A DNA stretch of 64,000 nt from Octopus sinensis (GCF_006345805.1 NC_043013.1:17050001-17114000); one strand, 5' to 3'; positions 11,349 through 24,280 are shown, counted from the first letter of the stretch. The notes: a model not told the origin generated them from the sequence alone. A program made the numbers and translations.

Positions 11349-13673
11349 CTAAAATTTTAGCATATTAGAATGAGACATGACTGTGTGTGTGTGTACATGT
11401 GTATGTATGAATGAATGAATGTATGTATGTATGTATATATATATACATACACACCGTACTTTAGATATAGAATATGTTAACAGATATTTAGCTAACAGTG
11501 CATGTATAGATGGATGTAAACAACTCATCTGTAAAATATATATTACAAATAAGTAAGATACTAAGATATACACAGTTGAGGTGTTTATAGATAAATAAAA
11601 CATTGTATCGCTTCATAGTGTATGTATAAATATTTCTTACCATGAAAAGTTATCTACATGTTTGTATGCACATGTGCATGCACATACACATGCATGTATG
11701 TATTCATGTATATGTGTATATACATGCATGTATGTATATATGTATATATATATGCATGTGTATATGTGTGTGTATGTATATGCATGTGTATGTGTGTTTG
11801 TGTGTGATCACCGTCACCCTCATCAAACGGAATTCTGACTACCAGATATAAATAAATGTAGGTTACTCTATCGGTAACCTCAAACAGGTTGATAAGGAGT
11901 TGGTGTTTAGGTTCAGTCCGAAGGAACTGATCTGATGGGAGATACTAATTTACCGCACGCACACGCACACACACACACAGTTATTAATCTGCCTACACAC
12001 ACACACTCTATGACAATCTATTTCCTGTAAATATTCCCAGATGATCGTCAGCTGAACTATCATCTCCCTCCATGCCCCCCATCACTTTCCCAGAAACTAG
12101 AAGAGAAAGAGGCGACTGAAGTATTGAGACTGCAACTGAAAACATACAACAAGAGGAAGTACAGTGTTAATTTACCTGCTAGAAACAGCAGCCAAATCTC
12201 TGTCAATCACACTCTAATGTCTTGAAAAAGAGTCACAGTAAATACAGTAAATAATGCATTCTGGAGCACACCATGTTGAACAACATAGACAGGATGGGCA
12301 TGGTTGGAATATATTTCGTCATAAATCTATTTCATCAGGGTTGCCTTGCAGCAAAATAGCAACAAACACTGACAATGATTGAGCATCCTGAACAAGATCT
12401 GAACTCACAATCAGACGTGGCCAAGTAGTTCAGATGTTTATTTTGTAATCTTGAGGGCCTGGGTTCAGTCCTACCTCGAGGCATCTTGCTCAATATTTTT
12501 GCCCCATAACATCATGACTGAAAGTGAGTAGACAACAAACAAGATGAGGACAAATATCTGTCAAATGTAAATAACACTGAATGTATTTTATTGTATCACT
12601 GGCATTAAACAGGATATCATTATTTGAAAGTCAGTGAGCTGGTGGAATTGTTAGAGCATCAGACAAAATGCCTCACGGTATTTGTTCCAGCTCATGTTCT
12701 GAGTTCAAATGACACTGTGGACAACTTTGCCTTTCATCTTTTTGGGGTTGATAAAATAAAGTACTAGTTGAGTCCTGTGATCATTAGATTCGACTAACTA
12801 CCTACCCTTAAAAGTGCAGGCCTTGTGCCTAGATCAGAAACCATTATTAATAAGAGCAGCCAGAATCATTAGAGTGTTAGGGGGAGAAAATGCTTAGCTA
12901 TATTTGTTCTGGGTCTTTGCACTGAGTTCAGATCTCCATAACAGCAAGTTTACCTTTCGTCCTGTCCATCCTGTAAAAATCCTTAAACAGATTCATTGCC
13001 AAATAACAATTTTATACAGAGCTAATAAAATTGCTATTTCTAATAATAAATTTATTCTTTAAACCCACAAAATTGTAGGAGAGAGTTAGGGTTTAGTTGA
13101 TATTGCCACTCCATCTATAGTTGACAGGTTCTTTATTTTATTTACACAGGAAGGGATTTGAAATGAGAACACAACACAAGAAATAACAAATACCACAAGG
13201 CATTCTGTCTTCGCTCTATCAATCCTATCATTCACAGAAAATCAGTTCCATAGCAATGTTAAATTCTTCTTCCTCTCACATTTCCAAGTTTTCTTATTTA
13301 TTGATTGTCAGGCGATGCTAGTCATACTACAATTACGATATAACTCATTGATCTTCCAAGAATTCCATCGGAGATACTAAATTCTAAAATTGTCGACACA
13401 GTGTGGGGATTTGATTGGTTTGGCTTATTTTTTTTATTTTACATATTTTCTTTACTTTATATTGTTTTGTTTTTCTTTTTGCATTATTTTTAATCTCTGT
13501 ATTATATTAATACAAGCATAGCTGTGTGGTTGAAAAGCTTGCTTCCCAACCATGTGGTCTTGGGTTCAGTTCCACTGCCCAGCATTTTGGGCAAGTGTCT
13601 TCTATTATAGCCTTAAGCCAACTAAAACGGTACACATATGTACCCCAAGTCTTGACATCATGTGATGGTTTAA

Positions 13674-13893
13674 CCCTTAGTATTCAGACTATTCTGTCAA
13701 ATGTAATGCTTATGTAATCAAATTGTTTTGAATTAATCATGCAAAGACATCGTAGTATTGAAATTGTGAGGATGTGATTGCTTATTCTTAGAATGACATT
13801 GTAGGATAAGTGTGCAAAGCCAGATCCTGGCAGTTTGAACATAGAACAGGTAGAATATTTGGGCCAGATATGGCCAGTTTAAATGCTAAAGGG
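13674..13893. mobile_element. piggyBac-like MITE (family A), inserted into a CORE/RTE-tail SINE
   Basis: TTAA|CCCTTAG ... CTAAAGGG|TTAA. The body matches 33234-33453 and 40051-40257. Confidence 0.85.
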
Positions 13894-14190
13894 TTAAACA
13901 AGCCTCACCATCATACAAGCGATGTTTGTCTCCAGTCTTCCATGCAAAAAAAGTCTAGCCACAAGAAATTATTACCTTGTATGGTAACAGGAAAGGCATC
14001 TGGTCATAGAAAACCTGCCTCAGTGAATTCCATCTGACCCATGCAAGCATGGAATGGCAGACATTAAACTATTATGATATGTTAATGTATTTTTTTACTG
14101 TTTTTAAACCTATTACCAATTTATGATTATCAATAATAATTATCATTACTATTAACAATTGTGATTAAATGATGATCATTATTAATATCA

Positions 14191-15328
14191 GGGGACCTGT
14201 GGAAGAGGTAGACCCAGGAAAACCTGGGTCGAGGCGGTGAAGCACGACCTTCGAACTTTAGGTCTCACCAAGGAAATGACCAGTGACCGAGACCTTTGGA
14301 GGTATGCTGTGCGTGAGAAAACCCGGCAAGACCAGTGAGAAGAGTCAAAATCAAGATCAAACCAAATTGAGGTCGATCAACATCAGGGCCCCCGTGCAGG
14401 TGACACGTAAAAGTACCATCCGTTCATAGCCGTTCGCCAGCCCTGTCTGGCCCCCGTGTAGGTGGCACGTAAAAGCACCATCCGTTCGTGTTCGTTGCCA
14501 GCCTGGCCTGGCCCCCATGCCGGTGACACGTAAAAGCACCATCCGTTTGTGGCCGTCTGCCAGCTCTGTCTGGCCCCCGTGCCGGTGACACGTAAAAGCA
14601 CCATCCGTTCGTGGCCATTTGCCAGCTCTGTCTGGCCCCCGTGCCGGTGACACGTAAAAGCACCATCCGTTCGTGGCCGTTTGCCAGCCCTGTCTGGCCC
14701 CCATGTCGGTGACATGTAAAAGCACCATCCGTTCGTGTCCGTTTGCCAGCCCTGTCTGGCCCCCATGTCGGTGACATGTAAAAGCACCATCCGTTCGTGT
14801 CCGTTGCCAGCCTCGCCTGGCCCCCGTGCCGGTGACACGTAAAAGCACCATCCGTTCGTGGCCGTTTGCCAGCCCTGTCTGGCCCCCATGTCGGTGGCAT
14901 GTAAAAGCACCATCCGTTCGTGCCCGTTGCCAGCCTCGCCTGGCCCCCGTGCCGGTGACACGTAAAAGCACCATCCGTTCGTGGCCGTTTGCCAGCTCTG
15001 TCTGGCCCCCGTGTTGGTGGCACGTAAAAAGCACCATCCGTTCGTGTCCGTTGCCAGCCTCGCCTGGCCCCCGTGCCGGTGACACGTAAAAGCACCATCC
15101 GTTCGTGGCCATTTGCCAGCTCTGTCTGGCACCTGTGCAGGTGGCACGTAAAAAGCACCCACTACACTCACGGAGTGGTTGGCGTTAGGAAGGGCATCCA
15201 GCCGTAGAAACACTGCCAGATCTGACTGGGCCTGATGAAGCCTTCCAGCTTCACAGACCCCAGTTGAACCGTCCAACCCATGCTAGCATGGAGAACGGAC
15301 GCTAAATGATGATGATGATGATGATGAT
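14191..15328 (+). mobile_element. 5'-truncated RTE-clade LINE: last codons of ORF2 plus an expanded 3' UTR
   Basis: 14191-14340 encodes GTCGRGRPRKTWVEAVKHDLRTLGLTKEMTSDRDLWRYAVREKTRQDQ*, nearly the same as 55290-55437. The minisatellite, terminal structure and (GAT)n follow. Confidence 0.88.
14387..15159 (+). repeat. 61/62-bp GC-rich minisatellite, about 12.5 units, inside the LINE 3' UTR
   Basis: Thirteen GTAAAA anchors from 14407 to 15148 give a mean period of 61.75 bp. Consensus GCCAGCCCTGTCTGGCCCCCGTGCCGGTGACACGTAAAAGCACCATCCGTTCGTGGCCGTTT. There are no unique spacers, so this is not CRISPR. Confidence 0.95.
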
Positions 15329-15619
15329 TATCACTATCATCACTGACAGGCAGAGTCCATAAGCAATATTGCTGAGTAAATCTGAATCCGCTTTTGCCCA
15401 TCCAGGTTGATAAAACAAGGATCAGTCAAGTACTGCAGTTGCCAGAATCAACTATATCACTTCCCTGCGAAAAATTATAAACACTTTGATTTTTTAATCA
15501 AAAAGGAGTGCCATGCCTGTAACCCATTCCAGGACCTCCAAGACAGGTAGAAGGGAAGAAGGAAGGTATCTGAAAATTATTACCCCAGTATGGCCACATT
15601 TCAAAGATATATACTTGTA

Positions 15620-15852
15620 AAAGTGGTCAGCTGGCAGAAACGTTAGCACGTCGGAGGAAATGCATAGCCGTATTTCGTCTGCCATTACGTTCTGAGTTCA
15701 AATTCCACCGAGGTCGACTTTGTCTTTCATCCTTTCAGGGTCGATAAATTAAGAACCAGTTACGCACTGGGGTCGATATAATCGACTTGACCCGTTTCTC
15801 TGTCCTTGTTTGTCCTCTCTGTGTTTGGCCCCTTGTGGGTAGTAAAGAAATA
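15620..15852 (+). mobile_element. Full-length family-1 SINE
   Basis: Runs from GCTGGCAGAAACGTTAGC to the AGTAAAGAAATA tail. Similar + copies lie at 28497-28718 and 50594-50814, with a tail-only copy at 62036-62150. Confidence 0.9.
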
Positions 15853-16949
15853 GATATATACTTATAAAAGAATAAAAGAAATACCAAAGTGAAATGATAT
15901 TGACCGCTCCCACCTCAAATTGAAACCCAGTCAAAGTAATATATTCTTCCTACTTTAGATACAAGGCCTGAAATTTGGGGAGAGGGGACTTGTCAATTAG
16001 TGCTCAACTAATACTTATTTTATTTCTTCAGAAGAGTGATAGGCAAAGTTGTCCTCAGCACAATTTAAACTCAGAATGTAAAGATGGATGAAATACTGCT
16101 AAGCATTTTGTCCAGCATGCTAATGATTCTGCCAGTTCACCACCTTATTAATTATATCAATAATCATTTCTAATTTTCATCTCAAAGGAATATATTAATT
16201 ATACTAAAAATAATTACAAATTTTCACCTCAAAGACTATCAAAATTTTTCAGAGGGTGATGGTGGGGAACTAGTGCTACTAATTTAATTGATTTGGGGTA
16301 TGGGCAAAGCTATGTAATTAAGAAATTCATTATGTAACTAAACAGTTTCATGTTCAATACCACTGTATAACATCTTGGGCAAGTATCTTCTATCATAGCT
16401 TTGGGTTGGTCAAAACCTTGACAATAGGATTTGGTAGATAGAAATTGCATGAAAACCCATCCAAAGCAGCAGTTCTGCTCTTGGTGGGGTAGATTTAATT
16501 TGTCACTCAGTCTAATACCACCACATGGACATTGGGTAACCCAGTGTAAGATTACCACATGGCTTTTGGGTCACCCAGTTTAACACCACTATACAGTCTG
16601 TACATTACCAAATGCAGCACCATGGTTCAACCAGTTTAACACCACCACATGGTCCTCAAGTGTCTTGAGCAAAGTTCATATCTTTAGTCTGAATATAACT
16701 TCCCCCTTCCTATCTCTCTCTCTCACATCACTCATAGAAGTCCTATAAAGGGTTGTGGATGCTGCTCCCTTTATTTTTATCAAAGCCAAAAACAAAAATT
16801 TCTCCAGTACATAACTGGTACTCAACTATTGGCACTACCACAACATCCAGAAAAGTGAACCTTAAAACTACAGAACTAAGTCCTATGAAGTATGTAGTCC
16901 AATATATCCATCTCTGCCATTTCTTCACTTCACCAATAAAGTGTTTCTA

Positions 16950-17151
16950 ATATAGGTCAGTAAGGGGCTTAAAATTCAGAAGAAAGGGGTTGGTAGATTA
17001 GAATGAGCCCCTAGTACTTGACTGATACTTAATTTGATCAACCCTTGCCCTCAACTTGCCTTCAATGAGATTTGAACTCAATATAAAGAACCAAACAAAT
17101 ACTGCAAAATAGTTTTACTCCAATGCCCTAATGGTTCTACCAGGTCACTAC

Positions 17152-17191
<40 letters not shown>

Positions 17192-17207
17192 GTAATAACA
17201 GTAATAC

Positions 17208-17261
<54 letters not shown>

Positions 17262-17900
17262 CCTTTCTACTTAAGCACAAGGCCTGAAATTTTGAGGGAG
17301 GGGAGTAGTCAACTGCATCAACCCCAGTGTTTCACTGGTACTTCATTTGACCCCAAAAGAATTACAGGCAGAGTCAACCTGGAGGAAAGAAGGTGTCGAT
17401 TCATTAGCCCCAGTAGTCAGCTGGTACTTATTCTATCAACTCCCAACGGATGAAAGGCCAAGATGACCTCAGCAGAATTTGAACTGAAAAGAAAGACAGA
17501 CGAAATGTGGTTAAGCATTTTGCCCAGTGTACCAATGATACTGCCAGGTCACCACCTTAATAATAATCATCCTTTCTACTATAGGCACAAGGCTTGAAAT
17601 TTGGAGGGGTGGGGGGATAGTCAATTATATCAACCCCAGTGCATAACTGGTACTGAAAGGCAAAATCAATCTCGGCAGAATTTTAACTCAAAACGTAAAG
17701 ACAGACGAAATACCTATTTCTTTACTACCCACAAGGGGCTAAACACAGAGAGGACAAACAAGGACAGACAAACGGATTAAGTCGATTACATCGACCCCAG
17801 TGCGTAACTGGTACTTAATTTGTCGACTCCGAAAGGATGAAAGGCAAAATCGACCTCGGCGGAATTTGAACTCAGAACATAATACCACTAAGCATTTTTT
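16950..17900 (-). repeat. Cluster of 3-4 head-to-tail SINE units separated by (AAT)n, with a young family-1 SINE nested at about 17714-17880
   Basis: Repeated TCCTTTCTACT..GGCACAAGGC.TGAAATTT tail and GAACTCA head segments, with (AAT)n at 17150-17260. Confidence 0.65.
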
Positions 17901-18903
17901 GCCCCCCCCTGTCCTAACAATTGTGCCACCTTCTTAATATAATGATATGTAAACATATAACAGGTTTGAGGTGAAGAAAGGGGAAAAAAAAGAGCAAGTC
18001 TGTAGTGGTATGGTGGGGGGAGGGGTGAATCTAGTGAGCAATGGTAGGAGGGGGGGAGGGATAAAAGAAGAAGTATGTGAGCAAAGACAAGAAACAGGAA
18101 GTGGTGGGATGGAAGATGGAGATGATGGAGAAAAGTGGTGGGTGGATGGGAGTGTAAGGGATTAGCCAGTAAGGTCACAGGAGCAAAAAGGGGGGGGGGG
18201 TATAGGGTGCTTCTGTATTGAAGTGGGGGTGGAATAGAAACTGATTGTTCACCACCACCAGTAAAGCTTGGATATTATCCACCACATCCAGTATTATTGT
18301 AGTAGTAGTAGTAGTGATGGTGGCAACTATCTGTATATTTCCTCCCACATATATATATATATACACACACACACCCACACACACAAACAACCAATGAATG
18401 TCTATGTGGTCATTTGGCTTGCTAGAAATAACAGTTAAATTCATTTGCTCACCTCAAGCAACACCCAGGTTATCGATTTTTATCCAATGTAGTGGATAAT
18501 ATACTAGATTCATTGCCTGAAAACTAATATAGGATGGTCGTGGTAGGAATGCTTTAATCAGTTAAAGGTCAGTTTGGTCAGAGTAAGATGACCTGGGTTC
18601 AAACAACAACACCTACACACAGAAAAACACCACATAGATTCATGCCCACAAACCAATATAGGCAAACACACACACGCACACAAAGGATTCAAGAATTCCT
18701 ATACAGATAAATCTACATACATACATGTGAGACACACATATATACGCATACATACACAGTAAGAAAATCAACTACTTACGCAGACAGTATATAGACCACA
18801 AACACAGTCATGCCTGCACACACGTCACATATGTAATAAGTAGAGCAACCACACACACGATGCAGACATATCGACATCATCACCACGCACACAATATAAC
18901 CAT

Positions 18904-18938
<35 letters not shown>

Positions 18939-19239
18939 TAAATATACAGTAAGTAGATCAACCATACACACAGCACAGAGACGACCAATATCATCCCACA
19001 CACACATGCAGAGAGAGAGAGAGAACACACACACACACACATACACACACACACGCATTCTCACACATCTTTAAAACCAAAACCATAACGTTACACTGGA
19101 AATAATCAATATAGGTTATTAATGTTTGAGACTGTTCTAAAGTTGGACATATTTATTGCTGCAATTGATAACACACACACACACATACATACAATACATA
19201 TATACATATATATACATATATATGTACACACACCCTCGC

Positions 19240-19276
19240 ATAAAGCCGTCTTATGATGACTGACATGTTTCTACGT

Positions 19277-19326
<50 letters not shown>

Positions 19327-19338
19327 AGTATGCATGTA

Positions 19339-19393
<55 letters not shown>

Positions 19394-19577
19394 ATAGTTT
19401 ACGAAAAAAACAAAAGACGAAGACAGGTGGTGTACAAAACAAACAGATGTATTAGTATAATGCTCAGGAATAGAAAAGTCTTTTACATTTCAAGCCTACG
19501 CTCTTCCACAGAAAGGGACACAGAAAAAACAAGGAGAGAAAAGAATGTGTGTAGTGGCTAACGATATATATATATAT

Positions 19578-19611
<34 letters not shown>

Positions 19612-19691
19612 CATTTCCTGAGCGCCTATTAATAATAATACTGTAATTGTTCCATTGTTGTTGTTTTTTTGTTTCCCGTTTGGATTAAAAT

Positions 19692-19762
<71 letters not shown>

Positions 19763-20389
19763 CACATATTATACATATACATATGTATATATACACATAC
19801 ATATACACATACATATATACACATACATATATATAACATATACACATACACATATATATATATATACATACACATACATATATATATACATACACATATA
19901 TACATATATATACACATACATATATATATACATACACATATATACATATATATACACATACACATATATATATACATACACATATATACATATATATACA
20001 CATACACATATATACATATATATACACATATATATATATATATACACATACACATATATACATATATATACACATACACATATATACATATACACATATA
20101 TACATACATATACACATATATACACATATATACATACATATACACATATATACATATACACATACACATATATATACATATACACATATATATACATATA
20201 CACATATATATACATATACACATATATACATATACACATACACATATATATACATATACACATATATATACATATATATACATATACACATACATACATA
20301 TATACATACACATATATATACACACATATATATACACATACACATATATATATACACATACACATATATACATATATATACACATACAC

Positions 20390-20424
<35 letters not shown>

Positions 20425-20691
20425 TACATATATATACATATACACATACATATATATACATATACACATACATATATATACATATACACATACATATATA
20501 TACATATACACATACATATATATACACATACATATATATACATATACACATACATATATATACATATACACATACATATATATACATATACACATACATA
20601 TATATACATATACACATACACATATATACATATACACATACACATATATACATATACACATACATATATATACATATATATATATATATAT

Positions 20692-20726
<35 letters not shown>

Positions 20727-20757
20727 AATGTGCATGTGTGTGTGTGTGTGCATACAT
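19240..20757. repeat. Long compound (TA)n/(TACA)n/(CA)n microsatellite block enclosing a short Penelope-type repeat
   Basis: Direct inspection; it explains the 318-399 aa YICV/HTYI ORFs. Confidence 0.95.
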
Positions 20758-21336
20758 TTAGTGGCTTGTGTATCTACACCAGTATTTCCTAATGTGGGGT
20801 GGCATTAGTATGGGATGAGAAAATTTTTGCAAGTCACTTGAGCGCACACCTGTTGACCCTAAGCCTATCTCTGGACACTGGAATGAAAAAAACCCATCAC
20901 CATGCAATATTTATGCTTCTCCCCTGGTGCAGTATGAACATTTAATGTGGTTTTAGAGCCAAGTTTTGACTGCTATTTCCAGCATGGAAGTATTTCTTAG
21001 ATACCCTAAATTATAATTTTAATAATAATTATTACCTTTGAAGGTTTTTATTCCCATGCTGGCCACTTGATAAAATCGATATTTAAATTAACGATCTTAT
21101 CCTTATTATATATATATATATATATATGTATAAGGTTCTCATTTTTGTTAAATGAATAAATAAGTCAACATTCTAATATCCTAAAGCTGATGAACCAACT
21201 AAATTGTTTCTCCATTTTCTTATTGCATTATATATATATATATAATATATATATAATATATATATATATTATATATATATATATATGAGAGTATTGTAGT
21301 TCGCTTGAAGCATTGTGTATTGTTTGTAAAGAATAA

Positions 21337-21617
21337 AATATTTTGAATGACACAACAATGCACTATAATACAGACAATGGACTATAATAACTTTTGAAAT
21401 TTAATCATTCATAGTCTGATATGATATTTCGGAATATAAAAATTCCTTTTTCAGATATCTCTAGGAATTGACAGAGTTGCTGCTATAATCGACTATAGCA
21501 GCGATTCCATCAATTCCTAGGGATATCTGAAAAAGGAATTTTATTCCACAATGTCATATCAGACTATGGATGTTTAAATTACAACAGTTATTATGGTCCA
21601 TTGTCATTCAAAATATT
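21337..21617. repeat. 281-bp imperfect foldback palindrome
   Basis: Arms 21337-21487 and 21494-21617 are reverse complements around the 6-nt loop ATCGAC. Perfect blocks include AAAATTCCTTTTTCAGATATC (21 bp), ATAGTCTGATATGA (14 bp) and CTAGGAATTGA (11 bp). Confidence 0.92.
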
Positions 21618-22134
21618 ATACATATATATATATAGATATATATGTGCATATATATATATATATACATACATACACACACAATGGCCTCCAATACTTTCCA
21701 TCTATCAATTCACTTACAAGACAGTGGTCAGCAGCTACTATTGTAGAAGGGCACTTGCCAAGTGAACCCAAAACCACATGGTTGTAAAATGAGCTTCTTA
21801 AACCACGCAGCCAAGCCAGACTTTTTTAATGTTTTTTTTTTAGCCATAACCTACTGAATATGGCACTAAATATTATTGTGGCATATCATCAACAGATTTT
21901 GATCAAGTTTTATCGTATCAAAAACAACAAAAAAAAAGTATCAAATTGTTTTAAAACAGAAGTCGATGCATACACTCCACTTCAATACAAAGCTGTGTGG
22001 TAAAAAGCTTTCTTCCCAACCACATGGATCCAGGTTCAGTCTCATTGCATGGCACCTTGGACAAGTGCTTTCTACTATAGCCTCAGGCCGACTAAAGCCT
22101 TGTGAGTTGATTTGGTAGACAGAAACTGAAAGAA

Positions 22135-22448
22135 GGTACTACTAGCAAACAGTGGTCCCGGCGCATCCGCACTAGCTAGTCGTAAGTAGCCGATCCTACA
22201 ACGACTTGCGCATATGTTTGTATTTCAAGGCTGAATACATATCAAAGAAAATTAAATAATATTTTTCGAACAAAGGAAATAAAACGCAAAGTAAATAATT
22301 TTTTAAACTAAGTAAATAAATTATTTTTATAAACAAACTAAGGTTAGGGTTAGGTTTAGGGTTAAAAAGTCGTAGGATCGACTACTCACGACTAGCTAGT
22401 GTGGATGCGTGAGTGTGCGCACCGGGACCACTGTTCGCTAGAAGTACC
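22135..22448. mobile_element. Mutator (MULE)-like MITE, 314 bp, inserted into a CORE-type SINE
   Basis: 9-bp TSD CTGAAAGAA at 22126-22134 and 22449-22457. The imperfect TIRs are about 75 bp and begin GGTACT..CTAGC.AACAGTGGTCCCGG. The interior is AT-rich with TTAGGG-like repeats at 22341-22364. Confidence 0.85.
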
Positions 22449-23615
22449 CTGAAAGAAGCCCATCATGTACAATATATATACATTGATAGAATACATCAAT
22501 AGAATCGATACCAGGCTTAAGAAAAAAGTTCTGGGACTGATTCATTCAACTGAAAATTCTTCAAGACGGTGCCCCACAATGGCCACAGTCTAATGACAAA
22601 TAAAAAAAATGCATCAATCAATGTAGTGCATTAGGTTAAATTTTCTTGGCACACCTGTGTAGAATACGTTACACAAACGTGGTGTGGCAGAGTTTTTGGA
22701 AACACCTACTCTATGCAGTCACTCAACTTGCTAAAAATAGTAGTTGTCAGACCTTACTATCTCAGCCATTTTGACACACAGGTGGTTCGATAAAATTGTT
22801 TCATTCACACATCCGTACAAAGACACCACACACAATGGAATGAATAAATATTTTCATACACACATGCATATTAGAGAGAGAGAGAGAGACATACACCTTA
22901 TTATATACACATCCAAACACCCACATACATTTATTCACACATATATACAACATACACACAGATAGGAACAAAAACACATACATACTTTGACACCATACAC
23001 ATACAAAGGCATACACACACAGAGGAACAAATACACACACACATAATATACTTTAATATATAACATACAAAGACACACACACACACTGAGAATAAATCTG
23101 AAATGATAGTTTACAATTGTGGTAGTAAAATAAAGCAGAGACAGAGACAATAGACTGAAGAATGAAACATCGAAGACTTTGGTTAGACGATTGGTGCCAA
23201 CTATTGATTACCGACACAAGCTTGTTTTAATTTAATCAGCAAACTGAAACAAGCAAATTAAATTCCACCAAACAGATGCAGTTCTGGAACATTCAGCTTG
23301 GACATCTCTTATTGTTTGTTTGTTTCTTTTTTTAAAAATATTCACAAGAACTTGGTGACTCCGTGTAAATATTCTTCCACCAGAGATCTGACATCTGTTT
23401 GACAACAAAACTGACAGAATTCATCATCATCGTCATCATTTATAGCAGTAGGTTTTTCAACAATTGTATGCCTTTTTTTATTCCCATGGACAGAAATATC
23501 TCCCAGTGGCAAAACTTGCTTTTGCAGAATATTAGAAATGAATGACACTGCTTGCACGACAGTGACACTTGCGTACAGCTATCACACAAAGTCAAGACAA
23601 GCAGACATACACACA

Positions 23616-23657
<42 letters not shown>

Positions 23658-23924
23658 TATTGTGGCCGTTGCCAGCCTCGCCTGGCCCCCGTGCCGGTGG
23701 CATGTAAAAAGCACCATCCGGTTGTGGCCGTTTGCCAGCCTCGTCTGGCACGTAAAAAGCACCCGCTACACTCACGGAGTGGTTGGCGTTAGGAAGGGCA
23801 TCCAGCCATAGAAACACTGCCAGATCAGACTGGGCCTGGTGCAGCCTTTGGGCTTCCCAGACCCCAGTTGAACCGTCCAACCCATGCTAGCATGGAAAGC
23901 GGACGCTAAACGAAGATGATGATG

Positions 23925-24280
23925 ATATATAAACAGCAAAATGTCTGTGTGTATGTGTGTGTGTGTCCTTTATAGAAATCCACAATTTTTCAGTTAGAGG
24001 GCTCGCACTTTCTATGGTCATTTAAAACCGTCCAAGGGTGGTCGTGCACATCTTTACATTTCCCCAGTCACCCCGCAAAGCCATTCAAAAATCAATGGAA
24101 GTGACTTTTTTGTGAATTTTCTATCCAAAACCCAATCAATATGCCCGAAACTTGATACGCCAATTGAATGCCAGCTAGCTGTATGTGATTGGTCGGAGAT
24201 TTGGACAGTACTCGCATGCATGTGCGCACGCATGCAGCTGTATATGCATGCACTAGCACTATAACCCGGTGTTGCAACCA
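23925..24280 (+). mobile_element. Probable Helitron-derived fragment (5' part on +) abutting a minus-strand Helitron 3' end
   Basis: Starts TATATAAACAGCAAAATGTCTGTGTG, typical of Helitron-N 5' ends. Positions 24252-24275 read GCAACACCGGGTTATAGTGCTAG|T on the minus strand, matching the 3' end at 178-201. Confidence 0.5.

Noticed and set aside
14480-14540. HDV-like or twister ribozyme in the minisatellite unit (CCAGCCTCGCCTGGC resembles the HDV P3/L3 region)
   Set aside because: Manual fitting leaves no P4 or J4/2 catalytic C, and the twister CCCAAGCCC/GGAGGG pseudoknot partners are missing.
14387-15159. CRISPR-like array, or long repetitive proteins from the 244-297 aa minus-strand ORFs
   Set aside because: The whole unit repeats with no unique spacers, there are no cas genes and the context is eukaryotic. 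The ORFs cycle through frames because the period is 61/62 bp, so they are artefacts.
19558-20761. 318-399 aa ORFs rich in Y/I/C/V/M or H/T/Y/I
   Set aside because: They are translations of (TA)/(CA)/(TACA) microsatellite, which lacks stop codons in these frames. The same applies to 29490-30086, 11642-11851 and 52696-52955.
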